From contig NC_068993.1 of the NCBI RefSeq assembly GCF_001194135.2, positions 52,612,259-52,676,258 on the forward strand: 64,000 nt of DNA, read 5' to 3'. How positions within the stretch are numbered: position 1 is the first letter of the stretch; every line of letters begins with the position of its first letter. This DNA is from Octopus bimaculoides (taxonomy: Eukaryota). A model generated the notes under the pieces. The model was not told the origin of the DNA, did no database searches, and worked only from the letters and a program-made list of their open reading frames with translations. Below are positions 12,451 through 27,700 of this stretch, in pieces. The translations under genes were made by a program, and so were the position numbers.

Positions 12451-12734
12451 GCTATTTATTATTACACCGCTAACTATTTTTTTTTTTTTTTTACATGTTA
12501 ATGCAGAAAATGTTTTCTAAAAGTAGCATACTTTTATCTTTGAAATTTCCCAACTTTTGATTTAAAATAAAAAAGACACAAACGTATAATTTTAAAATAA
12601 AGAAAGTTCTTTTTTTAAAAAAATTAATACAAGATTCGTATTAACTAAAGCATTATATGAAAAAAAAATAACTCGGAAACAAAGTCTCGTTTGCGTGAGA
12701 GTTTAGTCCGTGATTTGTTGTGTGAAGCTTAATA
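12451..12734. promoter_or_regulatory. Bidirectional promoter/5' UTR region shared by MTIF3 and FIP1L1
   Basis: Only 284 bp separate the divergent ATGs. The segment has poly(dA:dT) tracts and local CpG retention. Confidence 0.7.
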
Positions 12735-12798
12735 ATGGATGCAACTGCGCCGCCAACAGTTGACGGAGTTGAAGACGACGATGCCTGGTTGTATGGAG
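12735..12798 (+). CDS. FIP1L1: FIP1L1 exon 1
   Basis: [21 protein letters not shown], donor G|gtagg. Confidence 0.9.
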
Positions 12799-15700
12799 GT
12801 AGGCTTACTCTTGTATTTTTGTTGCTGGAGATAGTTAAGTTCGTGTGTATTCATTATATCTATTCTTCGACATATTGGATGCTTTGCACCAGTCCGGTTC
12901 CGACCTCGACCCTATCAACTTTTCCCTTTTTCTGCTTTATCTGTATTTGCCTCCCTTATAAAATTCTGACTCTAAAAACACATCAAAATATGTCATTATT
13001 TTATTAAAAAAACCCTTTCATTGCTTACATTGTATGAAATAAGGAGTTGTAATTTTCATTCCTTTCTTTAATGGCGTTGGTAATTTGAAGGAAAACAAAT
13101 TATTTCAACTGGGGATTGAAACCAGATTGCATGCTCCGTTTGTCGAAAATTTACCCTCATTCTATGTTGCAAAATTAATTTTAATTTTTTAAACACATCT
13201 TTCAGTAATTTAAATCTAAATTCAAATCTATAAAATGTTTCAATTTTCTTTAAACAATTGTGGGTTTTTTTTACATTTGCAATTGTTTTTGAGTGAGGAT
13301 TCCATCAAATTTACTGATTATTGTGAAATGTGAGAGGTGTCCACTTTGTCACTTTCCTCTATAATTCTTTTCATGTCCATCTGGTTTTTTTTTCTTTTCT
13401 GTGAAACAATTTAATACCAAATATTATTGTAACTACTTATGGGATGTATGATATCTGTTGCATTAGCACTAAGTATTTGTTTACTTTCTCTCGAAGTGGA
13501 TAATTTCATTGAAATAAATTGCATGGTATTTTGTATGGCATATCTACACGTGTATTCCCGCGAGAAAGTTTCATTAAAAAAAAAATCCATTATTCTGTGC
13601 CAGTATGAAAAATGGATGTTAAATGATGATTTTATGTGTGTGTGTGTGTTCATGCTATATTATTAGCATTATCCTGCGTTTGAGAATAAATTATTACCTT
13701 ATCTGTATCTTTCAATACATCTCAACACTTCTAAAGCAAACTTTGTTGACTTTCAAGTTTAATTTATATATATATCTATATCAAGCAGTGTCATGTGCTT
13801 ACAGTCAACCACAAAAGCATGTCTGGATTATTTGACATTTTGCATAATCTTTATAAGCAAAACTTCATAACTATGTCCAGGCTGTTTTGTTGTTTGATAG
13901 ACTGTGAGATTACTAATTTGCTTGGATGCAAGTGTGGGTTAGCAACAGAAATAGGATCTGGTCATAGAAAAATCTGCCTTAACAATTTTGTCTGACCCAT
14001 GCAAGCATGGGCAAGTGAATCTTAGAATGATGATGATACAAAATAATTCATTTCAACTATTAGTTGATGTTGTATTTTATTTGTATCTTATAGTCATCTC
14101 TAAATTTATTGTTATTTTGATTTGTTCTTTTTTTTTTTTTTCTAGATTCTGAAAGTAAAGAAAATTCAGAACCTCCTCCAACTAGGTAAGTGTTTCCTTG
14201 AAATTGATTTTTAAGGCTTGCTCTGGTTATCTTAGAGCATTGATTTTCAACCAGGGTCCATATAAGATTTAGTTGTTAAAATTTATGTGCAATAAATTGA
14301 CTATGTATTTACAATACACTAAATATTTAATTATAAAAATATAAGAGGATTTTTTAAACATTGAATGGCTATGGGGGTCCACCTGAGTAAGATAGGGATC
14401 AAAGGGGCCCATGAGTAAATACTGGTTGAGAATCACTGCTTTAGAAGAAAACTTCAAACATTTGATGAACAAATTTTTAAGAACTGAAGTGGAATGACAT
14501 AGAGGCTGTTTGGCAGCCATGAATACTTGCACAAAAGCCGTGGTTGCTGACCACACATACCTTTGCTACATGCCATGGAGGCCATCATATGTCTCTGTGA
14601 CAGCCATAGATGTTGTCTGCTGCACATTCTTGATCGGTAATAGTGTGAACATGTGGTATATCAAAGATACTATATGAACATGCCTGTGTGATATATCATG
14701 GATACTGTCTACAGACTATGCCTTATGTCCTTAGTAAGATACGTAACTGTGAACCAAGCTGGAAAACCACAACCCTGATACACTATAAATTGTTCAGTTT
14801 TTAGAATAGATTCTACTTGAAACCTAATGTGTTTGAACAAATCTCCATCTCATGAAACAAATTGGATGTAGAACAAAAATTACTGATCAATTCTCATAAC
14901 CAAATTGAATTTTGTGTTTTTTTTTTTTCTTCGTTTGTTTGTCTGTAAACTTTTGAGAACAATTTCTGCAATAAATGTAACAAATATTTTTGTTTTATGT
15001 TTAGTGATGGCAGAAACGATGCTGATGAAAGCGTAAAATCTGAAGGCTCAGTAAAAGAAAGTAGTCCTCCATCGGCAACTAATGGATCTAGTCAGGCCAA
15101 ACCTAAAGACCCTGATGATAAGGAAGCGGGAGAATTGGTAAGTCTGGTCTCGCATTATAATTTCAATCACTGTGATCTGTGAAATATTTGTATTTCATTC
15201 AAATCGTGTAGTGCCCATTTGTCGAGCTTTTTTGATTTTCCAATTGCGTGCAAATGGTTGCAGGCAGTTTTCTAACTAACTTGAAGTTCTTTTGCCAGTT
15301 CTCAAGTGGTTTTACATGGATCTTTCTCACTGACAGTCTTTAATTGACCGTCATCGATGACAGTTGGACGTTCACTATGCTCATGATCTTCAAGGCTCAG
15401 GTCTCCACTGCGAAATCGTTTAAACCATTTTTGAGCTGACCACTCACTGGTCATTTCCTCATCAAATGTTTCGTTGATATCGTGAGCAGTTTCAGCTGCT
15501 TTATGTCCTTTTTTTAAAGTTGAATATCAAAATCGCTCGAATATCGTGCTTTGACAGTCCCATTTCAGATTATTGTAACAATGGTGAAAAATATATCAAT
15601 GTTGATTTATTGATGCATTTGGGCAAGTCCATGTCTGTATTATCAGACAATTGAAAAAGAAATGTTTAAAATAAATTCAAAACTCTGCAAAAATCCCATA

Positions 15701-18700
15701 CAAATTCTTCATGGTTCAAAACGTTGCTTACTTTTTACTAAACCTGATATATATTTATAAATATGATGGGCTTCTTTTAATTTCTGTCTACCAAATATCC
15801 ACTCAAAAGGCTTTCATTGGCCTGGGTTTGTAGTAGAAAACACTTGCCCATGTAGTGGGGCTGAACCTGAAATCACATGATTGGAAACAGATTTGTTAAC
15901 CACACAACCAATGATTTAAAATGTTTGTTTCCTTTCTGTCTCCCATGTGATTCTCTTCTGAAGTTAGTGATAGTCATCTGTTGATGACCTTTTGACTTTT
16001 GTTGAAATGAACGTGTAACATTTTGTATTTCCAGAGCGGAGAAGAAGATCTTGGTGACCGGAAAGAAGATGACGATTCCGATGATGATGATTTGGTCCAG
16101 GTTACGATTGGTGACATCAAGTCAGGACCATCAGTCTATGAGTAAATTGCCATCTTTCTTTTCTAAAGAAATAGAAAATATCTCAGAATTTAATCATAAT
16201 AGTTATACTGACCCTAGAGGCATCTAAATCTCTTGGGTGACCCACAGATTCAACATAACAGCTTTGGTAATGTGGCACTCTGTGTATGTGTTTGTGTAAG
16301 AGTAATTTTGTCTCTGATCAAATGTTTGATGCAAAAAACATTCTATGTCTGATATATTACCAACATTAATTTGAAACCTGAAATCGAAATCGAATCGAAT
16401 CCGATGACTGGCACCCATGCCAACCTCTCCTTCATTGGACACTAAACTCTGCTTGCGAAGACCTGTTGGGGCAAGTGAAATCGAAATTGAACCATCCCCG
16501 ATGACTGGTCACCGCGCCAGTGGAGCACTAACAGCACTGTCGAGCGTGTTCATTGCCAGAGCAGCTGTCTGGCTTCCGTGCTAGTGGCCCGTAAATAGCA
16601 CCATTAGAGTGTTATCAGCGTTGCCTTCTAGCACTTGAGCTGGTGGCACGTTAGAAAATCTTTCGAGCAAGGTCCTTGCCAGTGCCGCTGGACTGGCTCC
16701 TGTGCAGGTGGCACGTAAAAGCACCCACTACACTCACAGAGTGGTTGATGTTAGGAAGGGCATCCAGCTGTAGAAACTCTGCCAGATCAGATTGGAGCCT
16801 GGTGCAGCCTTCTGGCTTGCCAGTCCTCAGTCAAATTGTCCAACCCATGCTAACATGGAAAGTGGACGTTAAACGATGATGATGATGATGATGATCAATC
16901 CTTTAGCATTTAAACTGGATGTATCCAGTCAAAATATTCTACTTTTTTTATGTTCAAAGTGGCCAAATCTGACATCTCACACCTACACTAGAATGTTATT
17001 TTGAACATAAACAATCACATCATTGGAATATCAAGGTTACAAGATAATGCAGGATAAATTCAAAATAATGTGAATAAGCAAGCATTACATTTGGCAGAAT
17101 AATCTGAACACTAAAAGGTTAAATGGAATGGTTCTATTATTCAGAAGCATTTTGCTATCTTTTAGCACTTGTCTTCACATCTCGCCTTTGTTTAATTAAC
17201 TACAATTAAGTGATACTTAAAAAAATATTAAACTTTATTCACTTTATTAAAAGTTTTTTATAAAATAGCTTGCTTCCAGTCAGCCATCATAATCATCCAT
17301 TTTCACATGCTTGCACAGGTGTAATAGAATTTGATGAGGTAGATTTTCTATGGCTAGATGCCATTACTGTTGCTACCCCGCACATGTTTCTAAGCAAGGT
17401 AATATTTCTCCATGACAGCGATGTTCATTTGCAACCCTCACGATAAGTTGAGACAAGAATATGTCTACCATATCTACTTGTGTGCTCTTTGTCGACCTGG
17501 GGCTACAGTAGAAGACACTTGCCCAGGGTGCCATGCATTGAGACTGATCCCAAGATCACATGGTTGGGAAACAAGCTCCTCAATCACATAGCCAATACTG
17601 TGCCTTGCCATGACAAGTATTGTAGAATAATAGTTTGTTCCTAGTCAGCTCTTTGACCTGAGTTCAATTCCCAAATGAGCCATTGCAGTTCTCCAGACAT
17701 AGTTAATGACCACAAAAAAAAAAGATCTTCCAGATTTATTTACCTTCAATAACAGATTTTCATTAAATTATTTTGGTTTTTATTGGATTTGTTTTGTTTC
17801 ATGTTTTTTTTTTAATTCAATTATATTTATTTATTTATTCCAGGACACCAAGAATTTTCAAACAGGGCACTGGTTATAACAAATCTTCCTCAGGTAATTC
17901 ATATTGTTGAATTAATTTAATTGGAAACTTGAATCAATAAACTGTCTTTAATCTCTAGTTTAATGTGTGCAAAAACATTGTCTTAGTTTAGATGTATATA
18001 AAATCTTTCTTATGATTGATTACATAATCCCTTTTAATTCAAGATATATTTTTATAATTCGCAGGAACAAGTGGCTTAAACAAACCTCAAGGAAAAGGAA
18101 TTGATTTGGAAGCTGTTGGCACAAATAATGGTGTTCCTACATATGACTTTGATTTTGATAGCCTTCAAGCAGAAGATAAACCTTGGAGGAAGCCTGGTGA
18201 GTTATTTAACCCTTTAGCATTCAAACCAGCAATATCTGACCTAAATATTCTACCAGTCTTATGTTAAAACTGGCCAGAGCTGGCCTGTTACACCTATCCT
18301 ACAATGTTTTTTATAAAACTAAGCAATCACATCATGTAAATGTCTTAGCTACAAGATAATGCATGATTAATTCAAAACAATGGGAATAGATAAGCATTAC
18401 ATTTGAGAGAGAGTAATCTAAACACTAAAGGGTTAGCTCTTAGTTTTATGATACCACAATAAAAGCACCCAGTACACTCAGTAAAGAGGTTTGCATTAGG
18501 TAGGGCATCCAGCTGTAGAAGCCATGCCAAAGAAAACAAGGGAGTTTACTGCAGTCCTGTTGAACTGACCAACCCATGCTAGCATGGAAAAATGAAAATT
18601 AAAAATGATGTGTCTAGGTACAATACTGGTTACAGGTAGGGAAGGAAAGTCATATTATTTTCAGTGACTGGTTTACCAATATCATTTTAAAGTGCAGAGA

Positions 18701-21700
18701 AAGTGCATGGCTCAGAGGTTAGAGCATCGGGATCACAATCATGAAGTAGTGAGTTCTGTTACTAGGCTGAGCTGTGTGTTGTGTTCTTGAGCAAGACTCT
18801 TTATTTCACATTGCTCCAGTTCACTCAGCTGTAGAAATGATTTGTGAAGTCACTGGTGCCAAGTTGTCTCAGCTTTTGCCTTTCCCTTGTATAACATCGG
18901 TGGCATGAAGAGGGGAGAGTGGTATGCATGGGCGACTGCTGGTCTTCCATAAACAACTTTGCCCAGATTTGTACCTCGGAGGGGAACTTTCTAGGTGCAA
19001 TCCCATGGTCTTTCATGATCAAAGGGGCTCCTTGTAAAGTACAACAAATGGATCTGTGAAGGACAATTACAGTGGCCTAAGTTTAGAAAGTCACTGGGTT
19101 TTATCAAAGTTATTGCAGTATTGGATAAGGTGCAATGTGGGTTTGGTATCAGGATATGGAAAACTCTAGATGCCTTAGTTCAAAGCAAGCCAACTACAAG
19201 GGAAGTTCTTTGGTAAGAACACACAATTTTGCTTTTGATCGGGACCTATTCTCTGATAGGAGCTGAGAAAATGGGATGGTAGTAAACGGCTTGAGAAGAA
19301 CAATTCAATCTATCCCAGTACAAATGCTTTCGTAAGACATGGGATGAGGTGGTGAAGCATGACCTTCGAATGTTGGACGTCACGAAGGCAATGACAAGTG
19401 ACGGAGACCTTCGATGATATGCTGTGCTTGAGAAAACTCATCGAGTGAAGTGAAACTGTAGTCGTGGCTTGGAATAGTCGGCGTTAGGAAAGGCATCCCA
19501 CCATAGAAACCATGCCAGATCAGACTGGAGCCTGTTGCAGCTCTTTGGCTTACCAGTTCCAGTCAAACCATCTAACCCAGTGCTTCGCAGACCGGCGTTG
19601 GTCTGCGAGCCATCAGCTGCTGGTATGTGGTTAGTTTCCAGAAAAGAAAGAGACATTATAAAATGCTTATGTAATATTGTATTATTTGTTTACAAAATAG
19701 ATATACGATAAAAAAAATTGTCAGTTTTTATTATATTCATTATATATATTGTTTCTGGTATCAATTAATATTACTAAGAAATATTACTGGTGCCTGGCAC
19801 ATTGGGGAAAAAAACTGCTAGTACGCCACATCAGATAGTTTGAGAAGCACTGTTCTAACCTATGCCAGCATGGAAAGCGGATGTTAAATGATGATGATGA
19901 TGATGACAGTAGAACAGTCCCAGTCCTAACTAACTTGGGTTGAACTGATCTTTACTGCTTAATCCTATATGAAACCTAACCTTTTGGGTTTGATTTTAGT
20001 TTTTTTTTTATCACAAATATTTCAGTAAACACAGCACAGTCTCAATGGTTGTAAGTAAATCTACATTTTCTTGGTAAGAAGCATCCAGAAATCTAGCAAC
20101 AATTTTCCATTAACCAGTCACCAGATAATTCATCTGATACAGATAGTGCTTCCAGAAAATTGGCATCTCTGTTGATTGTTGTTGTTTCTGTGTATCCCAG
20201 GTGCTGACATAACTGACTATTTCAATTACGGTTTCAATGAAGACACTTGGCAACAGTACTGTGAGAAACAGCGGCGATTACGTATGGAGAATCAAACCAA
20301 CAAAATAATGGTTAGTACTTTCTGTCAACTGTTTTCCTTTGCTTTGGATGGATAGGTTTGCAACATTATATATTTTTATATGATTATGTATATATCTGCT
20401 GTGAGCTGAATTCGGATGTTTAAGGCAAGAACATTCTTCTCTGTAAAAGTTGGGTAGTTTTAAATGTGTGTGTGACTGTGAGTGTGTGTGCGTATGTGAG
20501 AGTGTGTGTGAGTGTGCTTGTATGTATAAAATGGGCTTCCATACATTTTCTGTCTTGTAAATTTCTCATGTGTATGACTTAAAATTGCATCCAGTATTCG
20601 GTCCCTGGTGAGGAAGTGCCAGGCTTTTGGGGGAGTGTGGAACCACTTCTTAGCCACTATTGTTCCTAGGTCTACTCTGACCTGGAGTAGTGGCACCTGT
20701 CAGGGTTCCAGCTATGGGGTAAGTTAGCATATAAATAGAAGTCAGCTGTGAATACAGGAATAAACAGCTCCAGGCCGAATCATGGGTGGCCCCTTGGCAA
20801 GGCCTAGCACTCGGTAACTACCCAAGCCAGGGGTTACAGCATGGTGGATGTGAACTATTTCAACAGTAAATATAGCTAGATGCTGAGAGGATGAACAGTG
20901 TCACTGGCCAGGATTATCCATTTCAGTTAGTGAACTACCACCATCATTTGTAAGTTGTGTCATGTGCAGGCAAGACGTTCAGATTTTAAAAGAACCAGTA
21001 TGAATTATCAGTTTGGGCAAGCCAGCCAACTAGATGACGAAGGTATTTCACTGACAAATTATTAGTCAACTTGGGGCCGTGGTATAAAACACTCACCCAA
21101 AGTTCAGCGTTGTGAGATTTGAACCAGAAACTATACGGTTTTGAAGTAAATTAATCAGCTATACAGCTAAACTTGAGTTTATTGAATGATTGAGGAATGT
21201 AAGTAAACCTCTAGTAGGAAGGGATATGATCATGGATACATTGATCTGAGACTTAATTTTTAGTCAGGCTTATTGACTTCCTGGTTTGAGATGAAGTTGT
21301 TTACAGAGGTATTTAATCCTCAATGTGAAAACATGATAGCACTACCTTTCATCTACTTAAACTTAACAATAAGGGAAGAGATTATATAATATTATTTAAA
21401 ATATTATATTTGTCTGGACAGTGGGGGATGGCTCAGACAATACAATATATTTAACCTAATACTTTGATATTCTTAGCTCAAGTCCTACCCTGCTGTTTGA
21501 TGAAAATAAGTGCCAGGATCATTTCTCATTCTTTGACAAATTTGGTTATTTTTCTAGTCAGAGAAAATCATTATTGTCACTGTATGTTAATTAAACATTT
21601 TTCTATTAAATAATTTCTTTATTTCAGGTTCACCATGCTGGTGCTCCAACACCTGTTGTTAACTCCCGAAGTACACCTGAAGAAAAACCAGCTGTATTAA

Positions 21701-24700
21701 ACAGTAAGATTTCAAAAAATTTTATATATCAATATATATGTGTGTATGTATGTATATATGTTGTTGCTGTTGTTTTAGCATTCACTTTTCCTTGCTTGCT
21801 ACGGTCAGATGGAATTCACCGACAGATTTTCTACAACTCGATGCCCTTCCTGTTGCCAACCTTCACCTGTTTCCAAGCAAGGTGATATTTCTGTGGCTGG
21901 ACATGTTATCACAGGAGACTATAAAACAAGAGACACCACTTGCTTACAAATTATGCATGATGTCATGACAAGGAGAAACAAAGACACCAGTATGTGTTTA
22001 TACACATGCATACATATATGATATGCTTCTTTCAGTTTCCATTTGCAAAATCTACTTTACTCAGAGTGCTGTACAGAGGGACGGAACCCAAAATCATGAG
22101 GTTGAGAAGTGAACTTCTTAACCACCCAGCCACGTCTTAGCCTACATACATATATCTATGTGTGTGTGTATTTGTTTCTCCTTGTCTTGATATTGTGCAC
22201 TAATTGTAAACAAACGTTACTGATATACAAACAGTATCATTTGTTTGTAATCTTCCATCTAAGTATGTCCAGCCTTTGTGTTTCTCATGTTCAAAGAGCT
22301 AGGAGAAATATTTCCTTGCTTGGAAACAGGTGAGGGTTGATGATAGGATGAGCATTCAGCCATAGAAAACCTGCCTCAACAAGTATCATTTGACCATGCA
22401 GGCATGTAAAAGTGAACGTTGACATGAATCTTTGTAAAATAAAAGCTATAACGACCAAATATGTTTTGATTTCTTTTGATGTTTCTCTGAATTGCTGGTG
22501 ATTTTTAATGTTTTTCACAGATGCTGGCAATACTCCTGTAAGTTTACTGGGTAAGCGAGCTGCACCTCCTCCTAACAGAAAAATGTCTGGTACAATAGAC
22601 GTGATTGGAACTACAGCTAGAGACTCAAGAAGACCAGCTCAGTCAGCTAATAATAGTGAACCCATACCAACCACAGATTCCAATGATTAGTGAGTAATGT
22701 TACACCACCCTAACTCTTTCTTTTAACTTACATATATATACTTGTTTGTCTTTTAAGCTTCATCATCATTTCAATGTTCACTTTTCCCTGCTTGCATGGC
22801 TCAGACGGATTTGTTGAGGCAATCTTTCTATGGCTGGATGCCCTACTTGGTGCCAACCATCACCTGTTTCCAAGCATGGTAATATTTTCCCATTGCCAGA
22901 TGTGTTTTTACAGAAGACTGAAAATGAAGGGCACTGTTTGTATGGCAGTGATGCTCACCTACAAACATCACAGGGCATCAAGACAAAACACTAACACACA
23001 CACACACACACACACATACACATATTGGGCTAGCCAGGTGTCTCCTCTCCTGCAAGACACCTGTTTTTGTCTCTCTGTCATACTCTAATCTCTCATCACC
23101 TGGAGAAAGTCACTACTTCAATACTCCTCTACACATAACACACCTCTTAGCTGGTGCTACATAAAAAGCATCCAGCACATTCTATAAAGTGGTTGGTTTT
23201 AGGAAGAGCAACCTGTCATAGAAGCACTGCCAAAACAGTCGGTTCTGGTTGGTGCATTCTTCTGACTTGCCAGCTTCTGTCAAACTGTCCGCTCCATACT
23301 AGCATGAAAAGCATTAAAAATTTCTTTCTGCTGTAGTCTCTTATAGGCTTTTCCCCTGTTGTTTCTTAATTTCCACTCAGTACCAAGCTTGACATTGCTC
23401 GTTTGTTTACAAAATGTGTTTTAAAATGTTTACAAAACATGTCAACTATTGTTGACTAAATATTTTGACTGTTATCAGTCTCCTTCCAATCTTCTTACTG
23501 GACAACAGCAGCACCAATAAATCTGCTTTGGTTTGTTTATTTATTTTTTTCAAATTTTTATATATTTTAGCCGCAAGCCATATTCTGGAGTTGCACCTTC
23601 TGGTATTCAACCGCATCATCCCCATTTGGCACAAATTCCTGAATATGGACTACCTCCACCTGGCATGCCACCCCCTGGTATGCCACCTCCAGGTCAGTAT
23701 TGCTATGGTGCAAGCTCATCCTCAAGAAACACAAAAGTTTATTTTAATCTGCCATTTTATGCATGTGTGAACTGGATGTTTCCACTGATCTTAGTAATCA
23801 CATGGAATACTTTATTAATGTTAGTACCCAGATGGACTTAGGTGGAGAAATAGCCAAAACTGTAAAGGATTGCACTAAATAATTACCAGTATTTAGTAGT
23901 TGCTTTCTAAATTCTGTTTTAGATTCCATCTGTGAGTTCAGTGAAATGTTATGTGCATAAATTAGTTAAATTAACTGCATCAAGTATGGCTGTGTGGTTA
24001 AGAAGTTTGCTTTACAACCATATGGTTTCTGATTCAGTCCTCATGCACATCACCCTGAGTAAGTGTGGGCAGGTATCTACTACCGTCCTCAGGCAAGTGT
24101 CGTCTTCTATAGCCTCAGGCTGACCAAAGTGGATTTGGTAGATAGAAACTGAAAGAAACCCATATATATGTGTTTCTCTCCCCCCCCCCCCCCNNNNNNN
24201 NNNNNNNNNNNNNACTTGACAACTGGTGTTGATGTGTTTATGCCCCCATATTTTAGCAGTTTTTGGCAAAAGGGACCGATAGAAAATGGAAACAGTACCG
24301 GGATGAGTTCATTTGACTAAAACTTCGAGGTGGTGCCCCAGCCTGGCCACAATGTAATGAATGAAACAAGTAAAGGATAAAAGATATATGAATCCCTAAT
24401 CGCCTGCCTCAGAACCACATGGTTAGGGACTTGGTCCCACTGTGTAGATGTCAGCTAACATCCTATACTGTAGCCATAGGTTGACCAGTGCCTTGTAAGT
24501 GATTGAAAAATTCTTTTCTACTCTAGGCATAAGGCCTGAAATCTTTGGAGAGGGGGCCAGTCGACTAGTTCAACTCCATTATGCAACTGGTACTTAATTT
24601 ATAGACCTCGAAAGGATGAAAGGCAAAGTCGACCTTGGCAGAATTTGAACTCAGAACATAAAGACAGACAAAATACCGCTAAGCATTTCGCCTGGTGTTC

Positions 24701-27700
24701 TAACATTTCTGCCAGCTCACTGCCTTATGATTAAGTGATTGAAAAATTAACATAGCTATTACCATATTGGGCAGTTACTATATTAATAGCAATTACCATT
24801 CTCGGCACTCATGTTAATAAATGAGTTAGAGAAAATAAAGCAGCTAGCATATGCCCCTTTGATACCTTCTTTACATAATATTCTATTGATGTTTGCTTAT
24901 CTTTTACAGGTATGCCTCCACCTCCAGGAGTTGCAATGATCCCCCCAGCTTTCCCAGTACCCCCACCTACAACTGATGGCTATGATTGTAAGTATTACAC
25001 AAACTACGTGTTTCTAATATGTCTTTAACTTTATATACTGGGTTGTTGTTTCTCTAGATTAACTTTTGTCTTTAAAACCTTATAAAATTCTTGAAATGGA
25101 AGAGCAATTCATATCACATCTTATATTAATTCACATCCAGAATTGAGTCTTAGTTCTGTGTAATATTCAAAACCTTGTTCGAGGTTCCACCATTTGGTGC
25201 TCTCTCACTCTTTAAATCTTTCGAACAGCTTACAGTTACTGAAAATGTTTATTTTCAGCTGTCTCATTTTCCAACAGGGTAATTGAGTTGGCAGAATTGT
25301 TAGAGCATCACACAGAATGCCTTTCATTAATTTACATTCTGAGTTCAAATCTGATTGAAGTCAAGAAGTCTATTATGCTTTATCTCCTTCCCGTATTGAT
25401 AAAGTACCATTCAAGTACTCAGGTCAATTGTAATCAATTAATCCCCTCTCCTTCAATTTACTGGCCTTGTGTCTAAATTAGAAATCATTAGTAAATTTTT
25501 CAACAGAGTGGTAGATTGACAAAGTCCCTTTTTTTTTTATTTCTTGTGGCTCTTTACATTCTGAGTTCAAATCCCACTGAGGTTCATCCTTCCAGGGTTG
25601 ATAAAGTACCATTGAAATACTGTTGTTGAAGGTAATGACTAAGCCCCCCCCCCTCCCACTCAGTTTGCTTGATCCTCTCAAGTTAGAAATCATTATTAAC
25701 TTCTACCAACAATCTGATGGGTTGGCAGAATCAGTTGAGCATCTGACAAAAGGCCTTTCATTATTTCTTTTGGCTCTTTGTTGTAGGAGTTCAAAGTCAG
25801 CTGAGGTCAACTTTGCCTTTGCCTTTCATCCTTCTGGGGCTTTTATAAAATCAAGTATCAGTCACTTATTTTTTTTTCCAAATTTTTTTTGAATCCTAAG
25901 ACTTGAAAGGCCAGTTAACTGTTTTTTTGTTTTTTTTGGCCTATAAGTGACTGAGACTACAATGTTTCCCTTGAATGAGATGCCAGCCCTTTCCAAGGTT
26001 CAAGGTCAACAGTTTTCAGGGGAGAGGGCAAGTCAATTACATCAACCCCAGCACTTGACTGGTACTTTATTAACCCTGAAGGGATAAAAGGCAAAGTTGA
26101 CCTTGGTGTGATTTGAACTCAGAAGAAATGCTACTATGCATTTTATCTGACGTACTAACAATTCTGCCAGCTTGCTACCTTATCAGTCAACTACTAGGAT
26201 TAAAATAATCCACTTTACTCCTTCCCTAAATTTCAGGCCTTACGCATGTGTTAGTAATTATTATTTACTCTTTCCATTAAGAGAGATGTAATGGAGTAGA
26301 GATAAACTGCTAATTGTTAGTTGGTAACCTTGTATGAGTTTCCATTTACGTCACAAATAGCTTTTATAGAAGGCTTGAATGTCTTGGAAGTCTCTGGCTT
26401 TGTACATATGCAAGAGATCTTTTATTTCTCTTTTTGTTTTTAAAATAGCTGTTGGTATATGTAATCGTGCTACAATTGTTCACATGTTAATTCCAACTTA
26501 CCAATGGCTGATGCTACCTGTTGTTATGTTCTTATTGCAGAAATAACATCAGACTTGAAGTGGTGTTTTAAGTTACTGAAATACATTAAATTCTTTGATT
26601 TCTCTCTGATTCTTTTTGTTATTTTTAAAGAATTATACTGTTTGAAATATTTCTTTTTTTTTTTCTCTCTTTTCAGCTTATTATCAGCCACAGAACCAAC
26701 CATCTGATCGGTAAATATTACTTTTTATTATAATTTGTTTGAATATTTTCAGTGCCATACATTACAATGTAAACTGTAAACTATGTAATCAATTAAAAAA
26801 AAAAAGTGGGGGGCCTTGATGCAAGCGAGGTAGTGTGGTTGAGAAGGTTGCTTCCCAACCTTGTGGTATTAGGATCAGTGCCCCAGCACAGCACCTTGGG
26901 TGGTTGTGTTCTACCATAACCCTTGGCTAACCAAAGTAACGCTAGTATCTGATTAGCCACTGTTTTTTCTATATATCGAGACAGAAGTTTGGCTAGCATA
27001 TGGTGGTAGTGCATACCTGTTGCTGATGAAATGCAAGCATGCAGAAATCACTTGATCTAGCAATTTTTGCCCACTATTGATATTTCTGTGCTTTTTAGCA
27101 CTATACATCTGCATGAGATACTTTCTCGAGATGGATACTGCAGTATTATATTTTAAGTATATATATATATTAAGAAGGATATGTAGATTGCTATCATCAT
27201 CGTTTAACGTCCGCCTTCCATGCTAGCATGGGTTGGACGATTTGACTGAGGACTGGTGAAACCAGATGGCTACACCAGGCTCCAATCTGATTTGGCAGAC
27301 TTTCTACAGCTGGATGCCCTTCCTAAANNNNNNNNNNNNNNNNNNNNNNNNNNNNNNNNNNNNNNNNNNNNNNNNNNNNNNNNNNNNNNNNNNNNNNNNN
27401 NNNNNNNNNNNNNNNNNNNNNNNNNNNNNNNNNNNNNNNNNNNNNNNNNNNNNNNNNNNNNNNNNNNNNNNNNNNNNNNNNNNNNNNNNNNNNNNNNNNN
27501 NNNNNNNNNNNNNNGCTATCATCATCGTTTAACGTCCGCCTTCCATGCTAGCATGGGTTGGACGATTTGACTGAGGACTGGTGAAACCAGATGGCTACAC
27601 CAGGCTCCAATCTGATTTGGCAGACTTTCTACAGCTGGATGCCCTTCCTAAAGCCAACCACTCACAGAGTGTAGTGGGTGCTTTTACATGTCACCTGCAT

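Noticed and set aside
27190-27650. Apparent tandem duplication of an RTE tail
   Set aside because: Identical copies on either side of an N gap; most likely unmerged contig overlap.
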